This document shows positions 45,634-55,111 of a stretch of 64,000 nt of DNA, in pieces (the stretch's first letter is position 1; every line of letters starts with the position of its first letter). Both the position numbers and the translations under genes were made by a program. The stretch spans positions 2,075,483 through 2,139,482 of the forward strand of contig OY970304.1 of the NCBI GenBank assembly GCA_963716345.1, given 5' to 3'. The stretch is from an uncultured Solirubrobacterales bacterium (lineage in GTDB: Bacteria; Actinomycetota; Thermoleophilia; Solirubrobacterales; 70-9). The notes beneath the pieces were generated by a model, which had not been told where the DNA came from, ran no database searches, and worked only from the letters and a program-made list of their open reading frames with translations.

Positions 45634-45956
45634 ATGAACAAACGCACTTCAGCGCTCCGCCCGGATCCTCGCCGTGATCGCCCTGGTCGGTCGCCTTCGT
45701 CGTCGTCGATCGTCGCGATCAGCGGCGCTCTGGGCGGCAGCGACTCAAACGGCTCGGGCAACGGCAAGCACGGCGGCAAGGCGGCCCACAAGACCCATCA
45801 CAAGCACGTTCCCGCCAGCCTACGAAGTCCAGAGCGGCGACACCCTGATCTCGATCGCCCACCAGACCGGCGTGCCGGTCGGCGACGATCGAAGCACTCA
45901 ACCCCGAAGTCGACCCGCAGATCCTGATCGCCGGCGAAGAGCTGAAGCTACGCTGA
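45634..45956 (+). CDS. LysM-domain protein with an N-terminal TM/signal segment. The frame is broken as sequenced.
   Basis: MNKRTSALR.. followed by the LysM core YEVQSGDTLISIAHQTGVPV...LNPEVDPQILIAGEELKLR, spread over two frames. Confidence 0.6.
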
Positions 45957-46027
45957 GGCAAGCGCAAAATCGCCACGGTGACAGCCGGAAATTCGAGTCC
46001 GTGGCGATTTCTGCGCGAAGACCATTG

Positions 46028-47250
46028 ATGTTCAGGCGCCTGCAACTAACCGCGCTTCTCTGGTGGTCCTTGCGTTTCTGGGATCTTCGGCCGCCGCCGC
46101 CAAGGGTCCCCAGCTCGAGGCTCGCTCCTGGGCCCTGATCGACGCCCGCACCGGCGACGTTCTCGTCTCCCACGCCGCCAAGCGCCACCTGCCGATCGCC
46201 AGCACGACGAAGCTGATGACCGCCTACGTGGTCGCTGCACGAGCTGCCGCTCGACAAGATCGTCCGTGCGGCTCCCTACGACGCCGAATACGGCGAGTCG
46301 CTGTTGGGCCTGCGCGCCGGGCCAGCGGATCAGCGTCCGCGACCTGCTCTACGGGCTGATCCTGCGCAGCGGCAACGACGCCGCCCACGACCTCGCGCTC
46401 GCCGCCGCGGGCTCGGAGCCGCACTTCGTCGCCGAGATGAACCGCTACGCGGCGGCACTCGGCCTCGCCGACACCCACTACGCCAACCCGATCGGGCTCG
46501 ACCAGCCCGGCAACTACTCCAGCGCCGCGCGACCTGGCGACGCTGACCAGGCACCTGCTGCGCGATCCCCGCCTTCGCCAAGATCGCCGACTCGCGCAGC
46601 GCCGTGCTGCGCAGCGTCCACCCGCGCGCGCCGGATCACGACGATCAACGAGCTGCTGCTGCATGGCCCCCTGGGTGACCGGGGTCAAGACCGGTCACAC
46701 CTTCGGCGCCCTCTACGTTCTCGTCGGCTCGGGCCAGCGCAAGGGGGTCGAGCTGATCTCGGTCGCGATCGGCGCCCCGACCGACGAAGACCGCTTCAGC
46801 GACAACCTCGAACTGCTCGAATACGGCTTCTCGCCAGTACCAGCGGCGGGTCCCGATCCAAGCGGGCGCAGGAGCTCGCCGAGCCGTCGATTCGCTACAC
46901 CGGCGGCGAGCTGCCGCTGCGCGCGGCACGCAGCGTCGCCGTCGGCCTGCGCCGTGGCCAGCGCATCGAGCGTCGACGTCGAGGCCCCGAGCGAGGTCGA
47001 GGGACCGATCGCACGCGGCGAGCCCGCTCGGGCACGCCACGCGTCTTCGTCGACGGACGGCGGACGGCGACGGTGCCGCTGCGGGCCGGCCGCGCGATTC
47101 CGAGGCGAGCTGCTTCGACCGGCGCGTGGCTTCCTCGGCGACCACCCGATCCCTATCGCGGTGGCGGCGTTCGCGATACTGATGCGCGGGGTACTGCTCT
47201 GCGCGGCTGTCCGCCGAATGACGAAGGGAACGCGGGTGATCGTCAAGTGA
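46028..47250 (+). CDS. D-alanyl-D-alanine carboxypeptidase (peptidase S11, PBP5-type). The frame is broken several times as sequenced.
   Basis: SxxK (IASTTKLMTAYV), SxN (LILRSGNDAA) and KTG (GVKTGHT) motifs occur in successive frames. The C-terminal hydrophobic anchor is IPIAVAAFAILMRGVLLCAAV. Confidence 0.75.
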
Positions 47251-48203
47251 TCCTCACCGTCACGCTCAACGCCGCGATCGACCGCACCGTCGCGGTACCC
47301 AACTTCCGCCTCGGCCGCCGCCACCGGGCGGTCGAGAGCCGCACCGTGGCCGGCGGCAAGGGGATCAACGTCGCCCGCGCCCTGAGGCTGCTCGGCCGCC
47401 CCGTGATCGCCACCGGCTTCGTCGGCGGGCCGACCGGCACCCGGGTGCTCGAACAGCTGCGCGAAGGAGTCGGTGCTGACCGACTTCACCCGGATCGCCG
47501 CCGAGACCCGGATCAACCTCGCCGTGATCGACCCGACCTCCGGCGAGCAGACCGAGATCAACGAGCGCGGCCCGGCGGTCAGCCCGGAGGAGGTCGAGGC
47601 TCTTCGAGCGCGCATCGGCTATCTCGCCGGCGGCGCCAAGATCTGCGTGCTCGCCGGCTCGCTGCCGCCGGGCGCCGGCGACGATCTCTACGCCCGCCTG
47701 GTCGCGACCTCGGCGACCGCGGCGTGCCAGTGGTGCTCGACGCCGAGGGCGAGGCGATGCTCGCCGGCCTGCGCGCCGGCGCCTCGATGGTGACCCCGAA
47801 CGAGCGCGAGGCCGAGGAGCTGGTCGGCCAGGAGTTCGCCGACGCGACGACCTCGTCCACGGGCTGTCCGAGCTGGTCCGCCTCGGCGCCGGCGAGGCCG
47901 CGATCACCCGGCCCGAAGGCTGCGTCGCGGCGGTCGGCGAGGGCGCCGAGCGGCGCCTTCTCGAGGTCCACACCGAGCCGCTGGAGCCGGTCTCCACGGT
48001 CGGCTCCGGCGACGCCTTCCTGGCCGGCTACGTCGCCGCCCGCTACGACGGCCGCGCGGCCGAGGAGTGCCTCGCCTACGGGGTCGCCTGCGGCGCCGAG
48101 TCGACCCAGCACTTCGGCGCCGGCACGGTCGACCGCAACCAGGTCGAGCGCCTGCTCGGCGAGGTCGCACGTGCACGATTTGGAGGTCCCCGCCGAAGTG
48201 TAG
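47247..48203 (+). CDS. pfkB: PfkB-family sugar kinase (1-phosphofructokinase-like). The frame is broken several times as sequenced.
   Basis: GTG 47247 overlaps the upstream stop. ILTVTLNAAIDRTVAV...VAGGKGINVARAL. Then VVLDAEGEAMLAGL...MVTPNEREAEELVG. The C-terminal PfkB motif (VSTVGSGDAFLAGY) is in a shifted frame. Confidence 0.7.
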   Translation: MILTVTLNAAIDRTVAVPNFRLGRRHRAVESRTVAGGKGINVARALRLLGRPVIATGFVGGPTGTRVLEQLREGVGADRLHPDRRRDPDQPRRDRPDLRRADRDQRARPGGQPGGGRGSSSAHRLSRRRRQDLRARRLAAAGRRRRSLRPPGRDLGDRGVPVVLDAEGEAMLAGLRAGASMVTPNEREAEELVGQEFADATTSSTGCPSWSASAPARPRSPGPKAASRRSARAPSGAFSRSTPSRWSRSPRSAPATPSWPATSPPATTAARPRSASPTGSPAAPSRPSTSAPARSTATRSSACSARSHVHDLEVPAEV

Positions 48204-48238
48204 GCTGGCTGTTCAACGCCAGCCCTGGAGGATTCAAC

Positions 48239-49445
48239 TTGGAAATCGAAATCGGTCGCGGCAAGAAGGGGCGGCGCGCCTACGGATTCGACGACATCGC
48301 GATCGTTCCGTCGCGCCGCACCCGCGATCCCGACGACATCGACATCAGCTGGACCCTCGGCCCCTATCGCTTCGAGCTGCCGCTGGTCGCCTCGGCGATG
48401 GACGGGGTGGTCAGCCCCGACACCGCCGTCCTCGTCAACGAGCTGGGCGGTCTCGGCGTGCTCAACCTGGAGGGGATCTGGACCCGCTTCGAGAACGCCG
48501 AGGAGCGGCTGGAGGCGATCGCCGCCGCGCCCAAGCACGAGGCGACGCAGGCTGATGCAGGAGATCTACGCCGAGCCGGTCAAGTCGGAGCTGATCGGCC
48601 AGCGGATCGAGGAGATCAAGGCCCGCGGCGCCGTCGCCTGCGGCTCGCTGACGCCGCAGAAGGTGCGCGAGCACTACGAGGTCGGCGGTCGAGGCCGGGA
48701 TCGACATCCTCGTCATCCAGGGCACCGTGATCTCCGCCGAACACGTCTCGACCACGGTCGAGCCGCTCAACCTGAAGGAGTTCATCGCCGAGGTGCCGGT
48801 GCCGACCGTGGTCGGCGGCTGCGCCTCCTACTCGACCGGGCTGCACCTGATGCGGACCGGCGCGGTCGGCGTCCTGGTCGGGGTCGGCCCCGGCGCCGCC
48901 TGCACCACCCGCGGCGTGCTCGGCATCGGCGTCCCGCAGGCGACGGCGATCGCCGACGTCGCGGCCGCCCGCTCCCAGCACATGCTGGAGACCGGCGAGT
49001 ACGTCAACGTGATCGCCGACGGCGGCATGCGCACCGGCGGCGACGTCTCCAAGGCGATCGCCTGCGGCGCCGACGCGGTGATGGTCGGCTCGCCGCTGGC
49101 CCGCGCCAAGGAGGCGCCCGGTCGCGGCTTCCACTGGGGGATGGCGACGTTCCATCCCTCGCTGCCGCGCGGCACCCGCGTCTCGACCAAGCAGGACGGG
49201 ACGATGGAGGAGATCCTGCTCGGCCCGGCCCAGGAGAACGACGGCACCTTCAACCTGATGGGAGCGCTGAAAACCTCGATGGCCACCTGTGGCTACGAGG
49301 ACATCCGCTCCTTCCAGCGGGCCGAGGTGATGGTCGCGCCGGCGCTGATGAGCGAGGGCAAGAAGCTGCAGAACGAGCAGCGGTCGGGATGGGCTCGAAC
49401 GGGCGCGCGGCGGTCTCTGCGGGGGTCGGCGTCGCCGATGACTGA
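48239..49445 (+). CDS. GuaB3-type IMP dehydrogenase-family protein (no CBS pair). The frame is broken as sequenced.
   Basis: TTG 48239 with GGAGG upstream. [17 protein letters not shown]...[11 protein letters not shown]. Then [25 protein letters not shown]...[28 protein letters not shown] (ORF 48727). Confidence 0.75.
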
Positions 49446-51040
49446 GCGACGCCGCGCGCCGTCGTCCGCGAGGGCTGCCGGCGGACCGCCGTGCGGGCGC
49501 TCGGAGGAGGTGCTGGTCCTCGACTTCGGCGGCCAGTACTCGCAGCTGATCGCCCGGCGGATCCGCGAGTGCGGCGTCTTCGCCGAGCTGCTGCCGTCGA
49601 CGACCTCGGTCGAGAAGATCCGCGAGCGCGCAGCCGAAGGCGCTGGTGCTCTCCGGCGGCCCGGCCTCGGTCTACGAGGCGGGGGCGCCGCGCGTTCCCG
49701 ACCGAGCTGCTCGATCTCGGGATTCCGCTGCTGGGCATCTGTTACGGGATGCAGGCGATGGTCCTGGCGCTCGGCGGCAGGGTCGAGGCGGCCGAGTCGG
49801 GCGAGTTCGGGCGCACCGACCTGAGCCTCGCGCGACGGCGGCGGCCGGCTGCTCGGCGGGCCTGCCCGAGGAGCAGCACTGCTGGATGAGCCACCGCGAC
49901 GCGGTCTTCGAGGCGCCGGAGGGCTTCACCGCCCTGGCCTCCAGCCCGGGCTCCCCGGTGGCCGCCTGCGAGACGCCCGACCGCGGCCTCTACGGGATCC
50001 AGTTCCACCCCGAGGTCGTCCACACGCCTTACGGGACCGAGATCCTCACCCGCTTCCTGCGCGACGTCGCCGGCTGCGAGCGAGCAGTGGTCGCCGCAGT
50101 CGGTGATCGCCGAGCAGGTCGGCGAAGATCCAGGCCCAGGTCGGCGAGGGCCGGGTGATCTGCGGGCTCTCCGGCGGCGTCGACTCCTCGGTCGCGGCGC
50201 TGCTCGTCCACAAGGCGGTCGGCGAGCAGCTGACCTGCGTCTTCGTCGATCACGGCCTGATGCGGCTGAACGAGGCCGAGCAGGTCGTCGCGGCCTTCGA
50301 GCAGTTCGGCATCCCGCTGGTCCACGTCGACGCCGAGCAGCGCTTCCTCGCCAAGCTGGCCGGCGCAGGACGAGCCGGAGCGCAAGCGCAAGATCATCGG
50401 CGAGGAGTTCATCCGCGTCTTCGAGGAGGAGGCGGCGAAGCTCGAGGACGTCGGCTACCTGGTCCAGGGCACGCTCTACTCGGACGTGATCGAGTCGGGC
50501 GGCAGCGACCACGCGGCGACGATCAAGTCCCACCACAACGTCGGCGGCCTGCCCGACGACCTCGAGTTCGAGCTGGTCGAGCCGCTGCGGATGCTGTTCA
50601 AGGACGAGGTCCGCGCCGTCGGCGCCGAGCTCGGCCTGCCGGAGCGGATGGTCTGGCGCCAGCCCTTCCCGGGTCCCGGCCTGGCGATCCGGATCGTCGG
50701 CGGCGAGGTCAACAAAGAGCGGCTCGACATCCTTCGCGCCGCCGACGCGATCCTCCAGGAGGAGATCCGCGCCGCCGAGCTCTACCGCCAGCTCTGGCAG
50801 TCCTTCTGCGTGCTGCCGGTCGTCCGCTCGGTCGGCGTCCAGGGCGACGGCCGCACCTACGCCTACCCGATCGTGATCCGCGCCGTCACCTCCGACGACG
50901 CGATGACCGCCGACTGGGCCCGCCTGCCCTACGACCTGCTCGAGCGCGTCTCCAACCGGATCATCAACGAGATCCGCGACGTCAACCGCGTCGCGCTCGA
51001 CATCTCCTCGAAGCCGCCGGCGACGATCGAGTGGGAGTAG
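49438..51040 (+). CDS. guaA: GMP synthase (glutamine-hydrolysing). The frame is broken several times as sequenced.
   Basis: [29 protein letters not shown]. Then [20 protein letters not shown], the ATP-PPase P-loop [10 protein letters not shown] (ORF 50155), and an intact C-terminus ...[52 protein letters not shown]. Confidence 0.85.
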
Positions 51041-51049
51041 CCATCCCGC

Positions 51050-51119
51050 GAGGACGCGAATCAAGTCTCCGAGGACGCGAATCAAGTTTTGGGGCATATA
51101 CCCCCAAAACTTGATTCGC
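51050..51119. repeat. Tandem 17-nt direct repeat (GAGGACGCGAATCAAGT x2). The second copy forms the left arm of a perfect 18-bp-stem hairpin. Possible guaA terminator or regulatory element.
   Basis: Direct copies at 51050-51066 and 51071-51087. Stem GCGAATCAAGTTTTGGGG (51077-51094) pairs with CCCCAAAACTTGATTCGC (51102-51119), with a 7-nt loop. Confidence 0.6.
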
Positions 51120-51123
51120 ATAG

Positions 51124-52032
51124 ATGTCGTTCGCGGTTTCAATCTCGATTCTTGGCTTGGTGCAGGCGGCGCTGGTGGCGCTACCGGTCCCGCGGGCGCG
51201 ACCGGGGTGGATTGACCGGCTGAGCAGCCCGTGGTGGGCCTTGGTCCCGGCGCTCTCGATCGCCGTCGTGATCGGGGCGATCGAAATTTCCCCGAGCTCG
51301 GCGGACGCGCTCACCTACATCGCCCTCGTCGCCGTGCCCCCGCTCGCCGCCTTCGCACTCGCGGCCCTGGCTCGTCGAAACCGTGTGGGACCGCCACATA
51401 CGCGGCGCCACACGGTTTCGCCAGGCAGTCGCCTCGATTGGCTGGTGCCGGCCTTGGGCGCGACGGCACTCTTCGTGCTCGCCTGGGCCGCACCGCAATC
51501 GCTTGTCGGCGAGGCGGCGGCGACGGCGCTCTCGGGACTCGCTTGCGTGACCTTGGGCTGGCTGCTCGTCTGCGGAGTGCCGGCGAGGTGGCTGCGCCTC
51601 GGGGTCTATGCGATGGCTGTCATCGACACGATCTACGTCTCATCGGACCTGCTGCAGGGGCCGAACGCGGTGCTCAACGCTGCCGCTCCCGCGGCCGGGC
51701 TGCCCCAGCTGCAGGCCGTCCACTTCGGCTCGGCGCTGATGGGCTTCGGCGACCTCTTCGTCGCCGCGTTGGTGGGCTGCTTGCTGTCTGCCGAGGGCCA
51801 AGTGACCCGCGCATCAATGGCTCCTTCAGCCGCGCGTGAGCAAGGTCGGGGCGAGCCGGCGGGTGAGTCGGGCCATGTGGGGTTGGTCAATCGACAACTT
51901 GCCGCGGCGGTTCTGGTGGCGGCGCTCGCCCTCTGTTTCGATCTCCTCTTCTTCGCTGTCGACGAGCTGCCGTCGACCGTGCCAGTTGCGGTCGGCCTCG
52001 CCTTGATTCAGTGGAAGTGGCCGGCCGATTGA
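51124..52032 (+). CDS. Polytopic membrane protein with a GxGD motif (possible A24/A22-type intramembrane aspartyl peptidase).
   Basis: Multiple hydrophobic segments. ...AMAVIDTIYV... and ...ALMGFGDLFVAALVG... resemble the two-Asp arrangement (second Asp in GxGD) of prepilin-peptidase/presenilin-like proteases. Confidence 0.4.
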   Translation: MSFAVSISILGLVQAALVALPVPRARPGWIDRLSSPWWALVPALSIAVVIGAIEISPSSADALTYIALVAVPPLAAFALAALARRNRVGPPHTRRHTVSPGSRLDWLVPALGATALFVLAWAAPQSLVGEAAATALSGLACVTLGWLLVCGVPARWLRLGVYAMAVIDTIYVSSDLLQGPNAVLNAAAPAAGLPQLQAVHFGSALMGFGDLFVAALVGCLLSAEGQVTRASMAPSAAREQGRGEPAGESGHVGLVNRQLAAAVLVAALALCFDLLFFAVDELPSTVPVAVGLALIQWKWPAD

Positions 52033-52041
52033 GCCCGTGGA

Positions 52042-52773
52042 CTATGCCCTGATCGGCCCGGGCGTCAGCACATCGGGGTCGTGACCGGGCTGGATCGTCA
52101 GGCCGGCGTCGCGCAGCTCGCGCAGCCGTTCGGCTGATTTGACCTGGGCGTCCTGGTCCGCGCCGAAGGCGGGGAACTTCATGTCATCGAGCCCGCTGGC
52201 GAAGAGCGCCACGTCGGCGCCGAGCACGAGGTCGCCGATTCGCAGCGATTGATGCCCGGAGGTGTGGCCGGGGGTGCTGAGCAGCTGGATTGAGCCGTCG
52301 CCGAGCAGGTCGTGATCGCCGTCGAGGAGGGTGAGGTTGGACGGCACCTCGGCGTAGTCCGGTGGCTGGAAAAAGTTGCGCTCGACCCCGGCCCGGTCCT
52401 GAGCAGCCTCCCACTCGGCCCGCTGGACGACGACCGGCACCGACTTAGGGATCAGCGCTAGGCCACCGGCGTGGTCGAAGTGCAGGTGGGTGAGCACGAG
52501 CCGGGTCACGGTGCCGAGGTCGACCTGCTCGGCAAGCCCTTGCTCTTGCTCCAGGCCAAAGTGGCCGAGCGCGGTGCCCTCGCCGTAGCGGGCCTCGGGA
52601 TCGGTCACGGCGTCCGGATGGAGGCCGGTGTCGACGAGGATGCGCTCGCTCTCGGTCTCGATCAGGTAGGCGGGCACCGGCAGCCGGAGCGCTCGCTCGG
52701 GCTCCTCGTCGCCCTGGCGCCAGAGGCCGGCGGGGGCCGTCATCCAGCCGAGATTCAGCATGTCGATCTTCAT
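52042..52773 (-). CDS. Metallo-beta-lactamase-fold hydrolase (lactonase-like).
   Basis: LVLTHLHFDHAGG (HxHxDH motif), then later TPGHTSGH. Confidence 0.8.
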   Translation of the reverse strand: MKIDMLNLGWMTAPAGLWRQGDEEPERALRLPVPAYLIETESERILVDTGLHPDAVTDPEARYGEGTALGHFGLEQEQGLAEQVDLGTVTRLVLTHLHFDHAGGLALIPKSVPVVVQRAEWEAAQDRAGVERNFFQPPDYAEVPSNLTLLDGDHDLLGDGSIQLLSTPGHTSGHQSLRIGDLVLGADVALFASGLDDMKFPAFGADQDAQVKSAERLRELRDAGLTIQPGHDPDVLTPGPIRA

Positions 52774-53665
52774 TCCACGCGCTCCGTCATGAACGACCTT
52801 ATTGCCATTGCCACCGCTTCTGGCTGGTCCTCGGGGGTGAAGCTGAAGGAGTCGGTGATGCGAAACAGCCGAGCGTTGGTGAGCTGATCGGCGTAGCGCT
52901 CGGCATGCTCGACCGGGAAGACCTTGTCCTGCTCGGACCAGATCAGCAGGGTGGGCAGTTCTTGGTGCGCGATCAGCGCCTCCCCGGCCGCCCGCACTGG
53001 CGCCGTGGTCGCCGAGGCCATCGCCTTGGCGACGTCGCGAAGCACGCCTGGATCACGGCTGGCCGGAAGGGCGTAGGAATCGAATGCGTCCGGCTCGATC
53101 GGGTGCTTGAGCAGGTGGCCGTAGGCGACTGGAGCGGCGCGCACGGCTGGGTCCTCGAGGGCGGCGAGAAGCTGGCCCAGGACCTCGGGGTCGCGTGCGG
53201 CCTCGGGCAGGCCGTCGAAGGGCGCCGGCGGCCACTCGTCATATGGCGTCTCACAAGAAGTGAGGATGAGACCCGAGCCCGCTCTGCGGTTTGTCTCCCG
53301 TGCTGAGCGAGGGCCATTTGCGAGTAGGCGCCACCGGAGTCGTTGCCGACCAGCGTCGTCGCGCGCAGGTCGAGCTGCTCGAGGGCCGCGGCGATCAGGC
53401 CGGCGACGCCGAGGGGGGAGAGGTCGGCCTCCGGTGCCATCGGGGTGCGGTGGGAGCCGAGCGGCAGGTCGAGGGCGAGGCAGCGGAAGTCACCGTGCAG
53501 GCGGTCGATGACCTTGCGCCAGAGGTTGGCGTTGGCCAGCCAGCCGTGGCTGAAGAGCAGGACCGGACCGTCACCGCGCTCGAAGTAATCGAGCACGCCG
53601 TCATCGAGCTCCAGCTTGCGGGGCTCACCCAGCAGCTCCGAGCGCCAACGATGCACCCCACTCAT
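52770..53665 (-). CDS. Alpha/beta-hydrolase-fold protein, one apparent frameshift near 53150-53290.
   Basis: N-terminal part in ORF 52973..53665 (GPVLLFSHGWLANANLW...LVGNDSGGAY nucleophile elbow). C-terminal part in ORF 52770..53144 (PTLLIWSEQDKVFP...). Confidence 0.7.
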
Positions 53666-54474
53666 ACCTGGCCTTCGCTTGCCCGGACGCTGAAGACCCG
53701 TTCGGCGAAGGGGTTGAAGATCGCGGCAAAGTCATCGGGATCGCTGACCTGCGGGGCGTGGCCGGTGTCGAGCAGCTCAAGTTGAGCGCCGGGGATTGTC
53801 GCCGCGATCGTGCGCCCGGCCTTGAGCGGAATCACGGGGTCTTTTCTGCCCCAGATGACCAGCGTCGGCGCCCGAATTGAGGCAGCCTCCTTGCGCAGAT
53901 CGTGTTCCGGAGAGCTGAAGCTCCGCCACAGTCCGCTGACTGCCGCCAAGCCCGGATCCTGGCGAGTGGTCGCGACGCCAACGTCTCGTACCCGGCGGTC
54001 GGCCTCGCTCTGCGGCCGCATGTAGCGGTTGGCGAACCAGGGATAGATCGCGCGCAAGAAGCGCGGCCGCGCCATCAGCGCGCAGAAGAACCGGACCTGA
54101 GGAGAGCGGGGGAGGAAGCCGCCGCTGTCGATCAGGACCAGGCCGCGGACGAGCTCGGGGCGGCGGATCGCCAGTCGCGCTGCGGCAAAGCCGCCGACTG
54201 AGTTGCCGAGCACAATTGCGCCTTCGGGAGCAAGTTGGGCGACTAGCTCCTCGGCGGCGTCGGCAAACCCCATTGCGCTCGCCGGCCCATTGCCGGCCGG
54301 CGATTCGCCGTGGCCTGGCCAGTCGGGAGCAATTGAGCGGAAGCCGCCTGGTAGCAGCTCACGCAGCCGGTCGAAGTCGTGGCGGTCGTGGGCGCCGCTG
54401 CTGAGCATGACGACCGGGTTGCCATCGCCGTGCTCGTCGTAGGCGATCTCTCCGCGGGTCGTCTCGAGCAGCAC
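53662..54474 (-). CDS. Alpha/beta-hydrolase-fold protein.
   Basis: GNPVVMLSSGAHDRHDF..., nucleophile elbow LGNSVGG, PTLVIWGRKDPVIP, C-terminal TGHAPQ. Confidence 0.8.
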   Translation of the reverse strand: MLLETTRGEIAYDEHGDGNPVVMLSSGAHDRHDFDRLRELLPGGFRSIAPDWPGHGESPAGNGPASAMGFADAAEELVAQLAPEGAIVLGNSVGGFAAARLAIRRPELVRGLVLIDSGGFLPRSPQVRFFCALMARPRFLRAIYPWFANRYMRPQSEADRRVRDVGVATTRQDPGLAAVSGLWRSFSSPEHDLRKEAASIRAPTLVIWGRKDPVIPLKAGRTIAATIPGAQLELLDTGHAPQVSDPDDFAAIFNPFAERVFSVRASEGQV

Positions 54475-54495
54475 ACGGTGACCTTAGCAAATGAC

Positions 54496-54530
54496 TGACC
54501 GGTCGGTCATATTTGGTGACCGACCGGTCA
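54496..54530. promoter_or_regulatory. Putative TetR operator: exact 14-nt inverted repeat TGACCGGTCGGTCA / TGACCGACCGGTCA separated by 7 nt.
   Basis: 54496-54509 and 54517-54530 are exact reverse complements. They lie in the 70-nt divergent region between the hydrolase gene (53662..54474) and the TetR gene (54545..55111). Confidence 0.6.
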
Positions 54531-54544
54531 GCTAGGCTCTGGTC

Positions 54545-55111
54545 ATGGCCACGGAAGAGGTCCTCCTCAGCGCCGGTGCCCGTACTCGCGAGGCGCTGCT
54601 CGATGCCGGCGTGGCGGTGGCCGAGGCTCATGGGCTTTCGGGACTCAGCGTCAATCGCGTGGTCGCTGAGGCGGGCGTCGCCAAGGGCACCTTCTACGTC
54701 CACTTCGAGAACCGCGGGGCGTTTGTCGATGCGCTCCACGCCCGCTTTCACTCCCGCGTCGAGGAGGCCGTCCTGGCGGCAACCGACGGCCTTCCTCCTG
54801 GTCCCGACCGCATCCTGCGCGGGGTCGAGGCCTATCTCGACGTCTGTCTCGAAGACAGCGCGGTCAAGGCGCTGGCGCTTGAGGCCCGCTCGGATCCCTC
54901 GCTGGCGGCACCGATGTCCGAGCGCCATGAGCGCTTCGCCCGCTCTGCCGTTCCCAGCTTCAAGGCGATGGGCTGGCCGGATGCCGCCGCCGCCTCCCAC
55001 CTGCTTGCCGCGATGACGGCCGAGATCGCGATCCGCGAGCTCGATGCCGGGCGGCGGCTACCGGCAGCGCGGCGCAGCCTGCGCCGCTTCCTCGGTGCCG
55101 ATCAGCTGTAG
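54545..55111 (+). CDS. TetR/AcrR-family transcriptional regulator.
   Basis: GLSGLSVNRVVAEAGVAKGTFYVHFENRGAFVDAL. Confidence 0.85.
   Translation: MATEEVLLSAGARTREALLDAGVAVAEAHGLSGLSVNRVVAEAGVAKGTFYVHFENRGAFVDALHARFHSRVEEAVLAATDGLPPGPDRILRGVEAYLDVCLEDSAVKALALEARSDPSLAAPMSERHERFARSAVPSFKAMGWPDAAAASHLLAAMTAEIAIRELDAGRRLPAARRSLRRFLGADQL

Noticed and set aside
51050-51119. Possible mini CRISPR array, or other CRISPR arrays elsewhere in the window.
   Set aside because: There are only two 17-nt direct copies, with a 4-nt spacer. No regularly spaced repeat-spacer array and no cas genes are visible anywhere in the window.
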